Source: a virus
IMG/VR virus record: IMGVR_UViG_3300042561_000402
Location: 5,899-69,898 of that record
DNA: 64,000 bases
Direction: 5' to 3' (one strand)
The notes under the pieces: generated by a model
The model's input: only the letters and a program-made list of their open reading frames with translations
Databases searched by the model: none
What the model was told of the DNA's origin: nothing
Shown: positions 1 to 8,359 of the stretch, one piece after another
Numbering within the stretch: position 1 is the stretch's first letter
Layout of the letters: every line of letters starts with the position of its first letter
Translations under genes and position numbers: made by a program

Positions 1-3
1 CGA

Positions 4-774
4 ATGGAGAAAAAGCGCAAGAGCGGAGAGCGGGATTGGGATACGCCAGAAAACCGCATCAAAAAACAGAATGCATTTAGGCTCTACGCCGCTGGGAGAG
101 GATTACCAGAGGTAATGAAAGCCTTGGAAACAAAGCATAAACCAACTCTGGAAAAGCTAATCTATAGCGAGAAGTGGGACGAATACGTCAAGGTATGGCA
201 GGAAAATCCCGAAGCAGAAAACCTCTACCCTTGGGATAAAGAACGTCCCGTAGCCTTGGTTGCACCTCCTTCCAGAATGGAGGAGATGGACAAGAAGCGC
301 AGAATGGAATGCATCAAGGGATTCTCCATGTACTGTTCGGGGCGCAGCCTGCGGGATATTGCCGAAGAACTGAAAGTAAGCGAGTCTACTGTTTGCTTGT
401 GGCGGGATACCCAACGCTGGATTCAGTGTAGGGAGCGTTTGGTAAACGAACAATCTCCCGCTCCTTGGGAAGATGATGGGGTTCCTTCCGTGATGTCGGA
501 AATAACGGCATCTCTTGAAACCATGAAGAAATCCATCAAGTTTTTAACTGGCAAGGTTCTGGTGAAAGCCGCTGATGCCGCGCAAGACCTAGACGGCATG
601 GAAGCCCTTGGCATGATGAGAAACATCAAGCAGTTGGCAGAAGCCGCATCTATTAACTTCTCCGAGGGCAATAATCAGCAAAATGCAATTCAGATCAATA
701 TTGCCACCAAGCTGGAGTCGATGAAGATTCCCGAAAACAACACCTATGAAGCGGAGCTAATTATCAATGAGTGA
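4..774 (+). CDS. putative terminase small subunit with tandem HTH modules
   Basis: Two copies of a F-x-x-Y-x-x-G...HTH...W module (e.g. GRSLRDIAEELKVSESTVCLWR), then a helical C-terminus ending QINI, as in TerS proteins. Confidence 0.55.
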   Translation: MEKKRKSGERDWDTPENRIKKQNAFRLYAAGRGLPEVMKALETKHKPTLEKLIYSEKWDEYVKVWQENPEAENLYPWDKERPVALVAPPSRMEEMDKKRRMECIKGFSMYCSGRSLRDIAEELKVSESTVCLWRDTQRWIQCRERLVNEQSPAPWEDDGVPSVMSEITASLETMKKSIKFLTGKVLVKAADAAQDLDGMEALGMMRNIKQLAEAASINFSEGNNQQNAIQINIATKLESMKIPENNTYEAELIINE

Positions 775-1369
775 CGCGCCTAAATTTTGCTACGAGAGAA
801 AAACGGATGTGCCGCCGCAGGGATGGTGGGTTAAATGCCCAATCGTTGACGAAAAAGTCCAAGGCGGAGATTACTGGGATATGGTAAAAAACTGCGAGAA
901 GCTTTTGCTCTCCAGAGGAATAACGCCCCCAGTTGATCTTGTGTCACAAATAGACAACAACCTTTGTGACAGACTTGCTGGGAATACCAACTGCGTTCCG
1001 TGTTCAACAGCCAAGCAAACACTTGGATTCGGCGAAATTGTGCGGTGGGTAAAGGCAATGTACCACTTTGCCAAAGACAACAAATTTCAACTGGTTGATC
1101 AGGAAGAAGCGGAACGAAGGGCTAAAATATGTGCGTCTTGTCCGCAACAGATCCCCACTTCTGGATGTTGGGGTTGTAAAGGAATTGCTGGAATGTTGCC
1201 CCATATTGCGGGAGCAAAGACAACGCCTTATGACCAGCAACTTAAAGCCTGCGGGGTTTGCGGCTGCTACAATGCTGTCTCAGTCCATCTTCCAATTGAT
1301 GCACAGGGCGGAGAAGGATTGAACTTCCCATCCCATTGCTGGAAGGCTACGCCACCTCAAATCGGGTAA
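767..1369 (+). CDS. Cys-rich putative metal-binding protein
   Basis: Overlaps the TerS stop; motifs RRAKICASCP, CWGC, CGVCGC, CW. Confidence 0.55.
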   Translation: MSDAPKFCYERKTDVPPQGWWVKCPIVDEKVQGGDYWDMVKNCEKLLLSRGITPPVDLVSQIDNNLCDRLAGNTNCVPCSTAKQTLGFGEIVRWVKAMYHFAKDNKFQLVDQEEAERRAKICASCPQQIPTSGCWGCKGIAGMLPHIAGAKTTPYDQQLKACGVCGCYNAVSVHLPIDAQGGEGLNFPSHCWKATPPQIG

Positions 1370-2651
1370 TTGCCTTGTTAAAGCTCATGTTGGCCACGCC
1401 TGTGGGGCCGTCACGATGCTTGCCGACAATAAACTCCATGGTGGGATTCTGCTCATGGTCTTGGGCGTCTTCGCTGTGAAGCATGATGACAATGTCTGAA
1501 TCCTGTTCGATGGCTCCAGATCCCTTGAGGTCTGAAAGGCTTGGGCGTCCTCCGCGCTTGTCTGGGTCGCGGTTGAGTTGGGCCAACACCAGAACAGGAA
1601 CCTTGAGGGTCTTGGCCAGATCCTTGATGCCGCCGCTAATCTCTTCCACCTCGCACACGCGATTGTCTTTTCCGCGCTTGCTATCGCCCTTGACCAACTG
1701 GAGGTAGTCAATGATGATGAGGTCTAGCGGGGTGCGCTGGTGGGCGCGGCGAGCAACCGCCTTGAGATAGCCGATAGATTTGGCCGAGCTATCATCGCAG
1801 ATGATTTCGGATGCTTGGATTTCCTGCACGGCCCGTCCGAGAGATTGCTTTTGATGCGGGGTAACCCGACCAGATAGAATGTCAGCAGCACCCACACGCG
1901 CCCGCGAGCGGATCATGCGCTCCATGAGAGCAACGCTTGTCATCTCCAAAGAGAAGATCAAGACCCGTTTCTTCTGGTTAAGTGCCACGTTTTCGGCAAT
2001 CTGAAGGGCGCTGGCCGTCTTGCCAACCGCTGGTCTCGCAGCCAAAACAACCATATCTCCACCACGCAAGCCAAACATGAGAAGATCATCCAGAGGCGTA
2101 ATGCCTGTGCGAATGCCGATACAGGGTTTTCCTGCAATCGTAGATTCGATGTTCTGGGCAGCGCGATCCAAGGCGTTATTGATCGATAGCTTGCTACCGT
2201 CATCCATCTCGTAGTCAGCCCGCATGACGGTGGTCTCTGACCAGTTCTTAAGTTCTTCAATCTTTAGCTCGCGGTCTCTGGCTTTGTGAACCATGTCGTT
2301 GGCCAAATATTCCAGCGACCTTCTGTAGCGGGCTTCCTCCAGCTTGGGGTAGTAACGCTTCCAGTTGTTGTGGGCTACACACGAAGTTGCGACTTCTGTG
2401 ATCTTCTGCTCACCACCTACAATATCGTACTCGTTGGCAGCTTCGATCTCCCCCTTGACGTTAATGATATCTGCCTGCATCCCCTTGGCGATACAGCGCA
2501 TGACCGCCCGAAAGATGATCTTGTTCTCCTGAAGGTAGAAGTGATCTTCCTTTATGGATAAAAGAATCTCACGCTGATCCTCTGACGGGGCATGACAGAG
2601 GCAGGAAAGGATGGCGGTTTCGGCTGATGGTTCAAAGATGACTTCTTGCAT
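1347..2651 (-). CDS. dnaB: replicative DNA helicase
   Basis: LAARPAVGKT (Walker A), FSLEM, IIIDYLQL, LAQLNR, SDLKGSGAIEQDSD, KHRDGPTG; DnaB N-terminal domain present. Confidence 0.97.
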   Translation of the reverse strand: MQEVIFEPSAETAILSCLCHAPSEDQREILLSIKEDHFYLQENKIIFRAVMRCIAKGMQADIINVKGEIEAANEYDIVGGEQKITEVATSCVAHNNWKRYYPKLEEARYRRSLEYLANDMVHKARDRELKIEELKNWSETTVMRADYEMDDGSKLSINNALDRAAQNIESTIAGKPCIGIRTGITPLDDLLMFGLRGGDMVVLAARPAVGKTASALQIAENVALNQKKRVLIFSLEMTSVALMERMIRSRARVGAADILSGRVTPHQKQSLGRAVQEIQASEIICDDSSAKSIGYLKAVARRAHQRTPLDLIIIDYLQLVKGDSKRGKDNRVCEVEEISGGIKDLAKTLKVPVLVLAQLNRDPDKRGGRPSLSDLKGSGAIEQDSDIVIMLHSEDAQDHEQNPTMEFIVGKHRDGPTGVANMSFNKAITRFEVA

Positions 2652-2659
2652 AGGAAGCG

Positions 2660-3616
2660 TTAGACAGCCTCTTGGGCCGTTCGTTCACGCTTTTTTTGCA
2701 AAATCGCCATCATGGCCTCGCGCCTACGCTGGCGCTCTTTTTCGCTGATTTTTCTCTTTTTCTTCTTCAGCGTTTTTGGTATACTTTTTGTTTCGATGGG
2801 AGATTTTGTTACCTCTGTTTTTGCCTCTGTGGTTTCTTCGTTTGTAACAAAGTGGTTGATGGCCATGCGGTGGAGCGAGCCGTCCTTGCACCCGTGGATA
2901 ACCACGGCTTGGCTAGAGATAATTCGGTCTGGGCAAGTAACTCCCTGAACCGCTTGGGCCTCTGGATCTGCGGCAAAGAATACAATCTTTCCGTCCTTCC
3001 ATTGGTAGTTGACGCTTTTCCAGTAGGTTCGGATAAGCGGCGTGTCGCGGCCAATCTCCAAGAAGTTCCAACGGCATCGAACGTCCCAAGGCTCTGGAAT
3101 GTTTCCTGAGTTCTTGTAGGCCAAGTTGTAGGTCGATAGCGATTGAGCCGAAGCGCAAAAGTCCAAGAAATTGGGAGGATAGACCGCGCTTCCCACAATC
3201 ATCTTGTAAATGTTCCTTCCGTTGGAAGCCATTCCGCCTTCATAGAGGTGACCAATGATACCGACTTGTTTATGGTATTCGGCGTCGAGGTCATCAACCC
3301 ACCCCTCTTTCATGGGGACGCAGTCTGGTTCCCAGAAGTAAAATGGAGTCTTGGTTGGGTACATCGCAGATGCCACATCGGCAAACATCTGGTTCGGGCC
3401 AAGTGGCCAACCATCAAATCCATCTTGGGCAATCAGGTGGTCAACTTCAGGAAAGCTTTTCTTTAGTTCATGGATGATATCAGAAACGCCAGATGTATCA
3501 TTCTTGGTACATACTGTAGCCTTGTGGCGCATGTTAATCCCCATGGCTGTGATGGCCTTGGCAGACTCCATGGCTAGTTCGGCGTCCCCGTTATGGTAGG
3601 CAAAGACGATATTCAT
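2660..3616 (-). CDS. glycosyltransferase-like protein (GT-A-like), paralogue of 24436-25224
   Basis: GWPLGPNQMF..FWEPDCVP..WVDDLDAEY..GSAVYPP..IHGCKDG aligns by eye with 24436-25224; basic C-terminal tail. Confidence 0.5.
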   Translation of the reverse strand: MNIVFAYHNGDAELAMESAKAITAMGINMRHKATVCTKNDTSGVSDIIHELKKSFPEVDHLIAQDGFDGWPLGPNQMFADVASAMYPTKTPFYFWEPDCVPMKEGWVDDLDAEYHKQVGIIGHLYEGGMASNGRNIYKMIVGSAVYPPNFLDFCASAQSLSTYNLAYKNSGNIPEPWDVRCRWNFLEIGRDTPLIRTYWKSVNYQWKDGKIVFFAADPEAQAVQGVTCPDRIISSQAVVIHGCKDGSLHRMAINHFVTNEETTEAKTEVTKSPIETKSIPKTLKKKKRKISEKERQRRREAMMAILQKKRERTAQEAV

Positions 3617-3801
3617 TGTGCGTCGAAGTTAAGGGGCCAGCTTGGATGGACTGGATCTTCCAAGCGGATGCGAACATTGTTGTATCCCTGTCCCGCCAGC
3701 TTTTCGGACTCAAGGGTCGCCTCTTCCTTGCTCAGTCCAGAGGCGTGAAGTTCCACAACCTTGTCTCCGTAGCACACGATGAATGTTTTGTCTTTAGTCA
3801 T
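3613..3801 (-). CDS. hypothetical protein
   Basis: ATGA-coupled to neighbours. Confidence 0.65.
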   Translation of the reverse strand: MTKDKTFIVCYGDKVVELHASGLSKEEATLESEKLAGQGYNNVRIRLEDPVHPSWPLNFDAQ

Positions 3802-4025
3802 TTTTTCTTTTTCTTAGTTTCTGCTTGATTGATGTATTTGGTAAACTGTTCAGCGCAATCTCTGGCCATCTCGATTTCTGATTCTGGGTCGAAGAAGTAA
3901 CCGCCACGTTCAGCGTAGAGTATTTCCATCGGCATGGGCCTCCCCCTACGAAATCTTGGGCCGATAACGAATGGAGAAACGGAGTCTTCATTGATTACCG
4001 TAAGAACTACTTTGAATCGGGCCAT
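3798..4025 (-). CDS. hypothetical protein
   Basis: ATG at 4025 (MARFKVV), coupled to the next gene. Confidence 0.6.
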   Translation of the reverse strand: MARFKVVLTVINEDSVSPFVIGPRFRRGRPMPMEILYAERGGYFFDPESEIEMARDCAEQFTKYINQAETKKKKK

Positions 4026-4195
4026 GGTGTCCAATACTTAATCACACGTTCAAGGATATGTCCAATCCCGCTCCATCCATGGTGGGGGTGGTAATGACAG
4101 GCCCACTTCAATGGAGGGTTTGACTCATCGTTTTTGATAAGGTAGATTCCCTCTGCATCGGGCTTTGTATCATTGTAATCGTTCCAAGTAATCAT
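4007..4195 (-). CDS. small DUF551-like phage protein
   Basis: MITWND..KPD.EGIYLI..VIKYWTPWP pattern; ATG at 4195. Confidence 0.55.
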   Translation of the reverse strand: MITWNDYNDTKPDAEGIYLIKNDESNPPLKWACHYHPHHGWSGIGHILERVIKYWTPWPDSK

Positions 4196-4202
4196 AGTAG
4201 GT

Positions 4203-4589
4203 ATGACAAGAAAAACTTCACTTCGTTCAAAAACTCCACTTAAACGCAGCGGAAGGTTGCGGAGCGCATCCCCCAAACGCCAACGTGAATACAATGAGTA
4301 TGCAAAGGTAAAGAAAGCTTACTTGGCACTGCATCCCGTATGCGAGAAATGCAAGAAGGCGAAGAGTCAGGACATCCATCATAAGGCTGGCAGGGTTGGT
4401 CGCTACCTTTGTGACTACAGTCTGTTTGCCGCGCTTTGTCGGGGTTGCCATGATTGGTGCCATCAGAATGGGCGAGAAGCCCGCAAGCAAGGATGGATCA
4501 TTGATACATTTCATGCTCTTCAAGATCCCTCTCCAGAACCTTCATCAGTTCAATCTCATAGCCAAAGTCAGGCTCATACTGCCGAATAA
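4203..4589 (+). CDS. HNH-family nuclease
   Basis: Basic N-terminus (KTPLKR), CEKC, DIHHKAGR, LCRGCHDWCH. Confidence 0.8.
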   Translation: MTRKTSLRSKTPLKRSGRLRSASPKRQREYNEYAKVKKAYLALHPVCEKCKKAKSQDIHHKAGRVGRYLCDYSLFAALCRGCHDWCHQNGREARKQGWIIDTFHALQDPSPEPSSVQSHSQSQAHTAE

Positions 4590-4788
4590 TTGGATTCCAG
4601 ACCCTGCCTTTGGGGGCTGTCCAGTTACGGAAGGCATCAACGGCATTGACCCAGCTAGTCTCCAAGGGTGCGTTCCACTCATGTTCTGGTGGGAAGTTCC
4701 AAGGATAGGGGCGTGGCGGATAAGAAACACAACCACTTGCAATAAGTAGTGCGATTACTATCCCTGTTCTTTGAAATCGTAAAACCAT
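4498..4788 (-). CDS. putative lipoprotein
   Basis: Hydrophobic N-terminus with lipobox-like IASGC, then a Pro-rich segment. Confidence 0.55.
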   Translation of the reverse strand: MVLRFQRTGIVIALLIASGCVSYPPRPYPWNFPPEHEWNAPLETSWVNAVDAFRNWTAPKGRVWNPIIRQYEPDFGYEIELMKVLERDLEEHEMYQ

Positions 4789-5408
4789 AGCTCCTCCTCG
4801 CTTTCGCTAACCCAACGGCTTCCTGTGCTTTCACAGCTAAATTCTTGGCTAAACACCTTCCAGTCGGGCTTCTTGGGAAACTTCTTGGCGATAAACGAGC
4901 CTCCGTCCATCCATAGCACACGGTTGTTGGGTTGTAAAAAATATTGACCACCTTCTCCTGCAAACACATGACCACACTTATGCCCTGCTGCCATCTCCCC
5001 ATAGCCAGAGGTATATTGCGGCCCCAAACACCAATCTAGCGTGAACATATACTTTGCCTCCTCAAAGCTTTTGTTTTTAAGCATGATGGATGCCGCCCTG
5101 TTCTTGCAGTAGTCCAAGATATTAACCGAGCAATAGTAGCTCATGGAGTCCCATAGCTGTATCCAGTCCAAGGGATAGAACGTTCCGCCAGTTTCATTGG
5201 TATGTATGTAATGAATTGGAACTCTGGCATGTTGACTTCCGTATTCCGTCATTACACTGAACATTCCGCATCTCTGGGGGATAGAAGTATAGGCAAACAC
5301 TTCTACCAGTTGCCTTGGGCGAGAGATCTCTGGCTCCAAATCGTAAAAGAACCCTTCATCTACAAAAGCAAAGAAGGTGGGAATGTTGACGTTGAGATAG
5401 TTGCTCAT
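4758..5408 (-). CDS. conserved phage hypothetical protein
   Basis: 216-aa ORF with YLNVNIP, QLWD, HKCGH and QPNNR motifs. Confidence 0.75.
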   Translation of the reverse strand: MSNYLNVNIPTFFAFVDEGFFYDLEPEISRPRQLVEVFAYTSIPQRCGMFSVMTEYGSQHARVPIHYIHTNETGGTFYPLDWIQLWDSMSYYCSVNILDYCKNRAASIMLKNKSFEEAKYMFTLDWCLGPQYTSGYGEMAAGHKCGHVFAGEGGQYFLQPNNRVLWMDGGSFIAKKFPKKPDWKVFSQEFSCESTGSRWVSESEEELWFYDFKEQG

Positions 5409-5689
5409 TTGTTGGCAATTTCTTCAAGAAGCCTTGTTTGACGGCGAAGCTCGTAAAGTTGACGGCTGGCCGTGATCTCAGCACTCATGCGGGCATTTGA
5501 CTCTGCCAACTCTGCATTGATGCGTTTTAACCTTGAAACATGTGTATTTTCCTTTGGTTTCGGACAGTCGATAGATGCGCTGATAACCTGTATCCGCCCC
5601 GAATTCAAATCATAAACCGTACCCGAAAGGGTGCCGTCTTGTGCCTGAATATTAGCTGTTAGTAGTAATACTATTAGTAGTAGTTTCAT
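5405..5689 (-). CDS. secreted hypothetical protein
   Basis: Likely start MKLLLIVLLLTANIQAQ (signal peptide) at 5689; the upstream extension in the ORF track overlaps structured RNA. Confidence 0.6.
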   Translation of the reverse strand: MKLLLIVLLLTANIQAQDGTLSGTVYDLNSGRIQVISASIDCPKPKENTHVSRLKRINAELAESNARMSAEITASRQLYELRRQTRLLEEIANK

Positions 5690-5696
5690 AAAGAGA

Positions 5697-6147
5697 TTGG
5701 AAGCGGGGTGGCGCGACTTCATCGACCCCCCGATCTTTGAAGCTTCCGCATTTTCATGCCGAGTCTCCCCGCCTCCAAAAGTAGCGGAATGCAGACGCTG
5801 GGCCACGGCTACATTCCTCGCATGAGCATCGGAGTTGACATTACCCATCCTGCTCCTGCTAGAAATAATTTGCTGGGGACGAGGATGCATCCACTTTTCA
5901 GCGCACGGGTTCCCATGGTTACGGCTCCAGTGGGGTGTAGATTTTAGCTCTACACGGGCGGATAAACCTTGAAGACCTCCCGACCACGGAGTCCACCATA
6001 CGGTGGCTCCAGTATTACTACGCTGCCCAGCATTTTCCTCATCGTTTATTCCCGCGCCATGGAGACGCGCATCGAAACGTTCGGAATTGCGGGATTTCAG
6101 GTCGCTTGCCCCCGTATTCACAGTGGCACCCTCAATGCATCCCGCAA
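5697..6147 (-). ncRNA. array of about five abutting candidate structured RNAs
   Basis: Each unit closed by a terminal stem (5697-5708/5767-5778; 5782/5861; 5871-5877/6026-6032; ~6035/6086; 6087-6095/6139-6147); G-U pair and GAAA tetraloop on the - strand. Confidence 0.5.
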
Positions 6148-6653
6148 AGTTGTTCATAGATACATAGACCATAGCCCCTTCGGGGCGTTCAATGTTTTTT
6201 CTTCTTTTTTCTTTGGGGGTATTCGGCGGGCTAAAGCCGTGCGCCCGCCTATATAGCGGCTCTCTTTCGCTTGAACCCCGAACGCCGCCGTCATTGGATT
6301 AATAATTCCTTGAGCTAGATCCGACCGATTGACCACACCTCGCCCCCGCAGGGGCAAAGGCATAGTCAAAATTGGATTCTCATTCCTATGAGTGAGTCCT
6401 CCGCTTTATTCCACAGATCACGATCTAGGCTCCGAAGCCGCTAATAGACCTTCAAACAATCGCAATCGACCTCCGAGGGTATTATCCCCCGCGCTTACCA
6501 GAGTTTCTCTGGATTCCCACGCCGCAATAAGATCAAGCAATGGGACGGATGGCTAACTGTGAGTACGGCGGTTTTACCCTTGCATACCTCGTCACAGGTT
6601 CTAGTGGCGTATGTCGCGCCCACTTTGCGCCGTCACTCGTCGTTGACAGCGCG

Positions 6654-6682
6654 ACCCTACGAAATGTTCAAACAGGAGTCAA
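6654..6682 (-). promoter_or_regulatory. sigma70-like promoter
   Basis: TTGACT-N17-TAGGGT just downstream of a terminator. Confidence 0.4.
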
Positions 6683-6683
6683 T

Positions 6684-6764
6684 AAAAAAAGAAAAAGGGT
6701 GCGGCCCCGAAACAAAGTCAACGACATGACAGCGCATGGAACCGCACCCAGAACTATGCAAACG
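6684..6764 (-). ncRNA. candidate small RNA ending in an intrinsic terminator
   Basis: 12-bp stem GGGUGCGGUUCC/GGGGCCGCACCC with two G-U pairs on the - strand, 29-nt loop, long U tract. Confidence 0.45.
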
Positions 6765-6770
6765 AACGCC

Positions 6771-6799
6771 AAAATAACTAAGAGTGGCTACCCTGTCAA
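6771..6799 (-). promoter_or_regulatory. sigma70-like promoter
   Basis: TTGACA-N17-TATTTT. Confidence 0.5.
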
Positions 6800-6819
6800 C
6801 AAGAGAGTAAGATCTTTTT

Positions 6820-7122
6820 GTGGACAAAGAATCCTACAAAGCCTACTTGAACACCCCCTATTGGCGGGAAGTAAGCCGACTTGTGAAGAAGCGGTTCGGC
6901 TGGAGGTGTGGGGTTTGCAATAGCCCGCTAGAACTTCAGGCCCACCACCGCACCTACGAACACCGAGGGGACGAACTCAACCATCTGGATGATCTGATCT
7001 GCCTGTGCAAGATCTGCCACAAATTGTTCCACAAGGAACAAAGGAAGTCTAAGCCCCGCAAAAGAAGAGCGCGGCTCCCGAAGAAACCGCGCCAAACTTC
7101 GACCACCCCAACTACTCGCTAA
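6820..7122 (+). CDS. HNH endonuclease
   Basis: YLNTPYW..RCGVC..LQAHHRTY..DLICLCKICH; GTG start. Confidence 0.85.
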   Translation: MDKESYKAYLNTPYWREVSRLVKKRFGWRCGVCNSPLELQAHHRTYEHRGDELNHLDDLICLCKICHKLFHKEQRKSKPRKRRARLPKKPRQTSTTPTTR

Positions 7123-7170
7123 GAGAAAGCCCCATGGGCTTTTGTCATTGAGGTGGAACCTTTGCAAAGG

Positions 7171-7244
7171 TAGCGGGAGTGAGAATTGAACTCACATTAC
7201 CCCAGCTTATGAGACTGGTTAGCCTACCAAGGCTTGTTCCCGCG
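7171..7244 (-). tRNA. tRNA-CAU (Met/fMet-like, atypical)
   Basis: Acceptor CGCGGGA/TCCCGCT-A, D arm AGCC/GGCT, anticodon arm CCAGT-CTCATAA-GCTGG, T arm GTGAG-TTCAATT-CTCAC; followed by CC only. Confidence 0.85.
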
Positions 7245-7309
7245 ATTTAAAAGAACTTGGTTGACGTATATTGAACAACAGCTAGGTTTAAGTGTCAATA
7301 TATAATCAT

Positions 7310-7621
7310 ATGATCAACACATCTATTCTACCTACTGAAATTCAAGAAAACCCCGAAATTACCATTGGCGAACTGGCCGTAAAACACGGATCAAGCTACC
7401 ATGCCATGGCTTCGGCGTTGAAACGGACTGGCATTCGGGCGAGGCGCAAGAAGACCACCAAGAGACGTTTGTCCAGTGGTGGAAGGGCGTTCAAGATTCT
7501 GGGTTTTATTATGAACAACCCTGAAACCAACTTCACTGCCGTTGCTGAAGTATTCAATTGTACCCGCGAGTATGTGAGCCAGATTGAAGCCATCGCCCGC
7601 CAAGAAGGAATCATCAAATGA
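7310..7621 (+). CDS. HTH DNA-binding protein
   Basis: Two HTH-like segments: ITIGELAVKHGSSYHAM and NFTAVAEVFNCTREYVSQI. Confidence 0.7.
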   Translation: MINTSILPTEIQENPEITIGELAVKHGSSYHAMASALKRTGIRARRKKTTKRRLSSGGRAFKILGFIMNNPETNFTAVAEVFNCTREYVSQIEAIARQEGIIK

Positions 7622-7935
7622 AAACAAAAAAACTAAACAAAAAAGAACAGGTATTATGGGACGGAGCAATCCAATTAGCCAATAGTCCCAAAGAACTAAT
7701 AAAGCTCTTCCAAGATGTTTCTGAATTATCTTGTAAAGCAAACGCAGAAAAAAATATGTGGGAAAGATGTGCGGAAAATCTCTACGAAGTAATGAAATCT
7801 GCTATTGAAAGCGGCGACTGGAAAGTTGATGGAGCCTGCGATCCAGACGTAGCGATGAAAGATTTCTTGAGCTTTAAACAAGGAAATCTTCCAGAATTGC
7901 GTTTTTGGGAACCAGAAATGGCGGAAGCGGTATGA
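7618..7935 (+). CDS. hypothetical protein
   Basis: ATGA-coupled; contains GDWKVDGACDP. Confidence 0.7.
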   Translation: MKTKKLNKKEQVLWDGAIQLANSPKELIKLFQDVSELSCKANAEKNMWERCAENLYEVMKSAIESGDWKVDGACDPDVAMKDFLSFKQGNLPELRFWEPEMAEAV

Positions 7936-8105
7936 CTGTTGGACGAGTCTATTCCAACATCAACCCCGTCCATGCGGATGTGTTTGAAGTATTGTTACAG
8001 CAAAAAGAAAAGCAACTGGAGAAGGCCCGCCAAGCACTGATGATGTGCATTGCTCCTGACCCCGAAGCCGAAAGACTCAAAGAGGAAGTATTGCTTGAGC
8101 AATGA
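7932..8105 (+). CDS. hypothetical protein
   Basis: ATGA-coupled at both ends. Confidence 0.6.
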   Translation: MTVGRVYSNINPVHADVFEVLLQQKEKQLEKARQALMMCIAPDPEAERLKEEVLLEQ

Positions 8106-8359
8106 ACACTGGTGGAACATATAACGGAAACGGAACAGATCTCATTTGCAAGTATTGCGGGCGACCAGTCCTTAAAGATATCGTGTGGGGAAATGCTGGA
8201 GCCTACCACCGCGAATGCACCGAACCACCGAAAACGCTGATGCAGGATATTATGAAACAGCACCAACCACCGAACTTCACCTATCCCTCACCAATCCCGT
8301 ATCAACATGAACCCAAGACTTGGACTAAGCAATTTGAAGGAAACATCTGCCACACATGA
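8102..8359 (+). CDS. small zinc-finger-like protein
   Basis: CKYC...YHREC. Confidence 0.6.
   Translation: MNTGGTYNGNGTDLICKYCGRPVLKDIVWGNAGAYHRECTEPPKTLMQDIMKQHQPPNFTYPSPIPYQHEPKTWTKQFEGNICHT

Noticed and set aside
5697-5778. tRNA or hammerhead ribozyme call for the first RNA unit
   Set aside because: Ends in CCA but has no T-loop or anticodon arm; has CGAUGA rather than CUGAUGA
5690-6172. 161-codon N-terminal extension of the 5405-6172 ORF
   Set aside because: A signal peptide starts at 5689; the extension overlaps paired elements and looks non-protein-like
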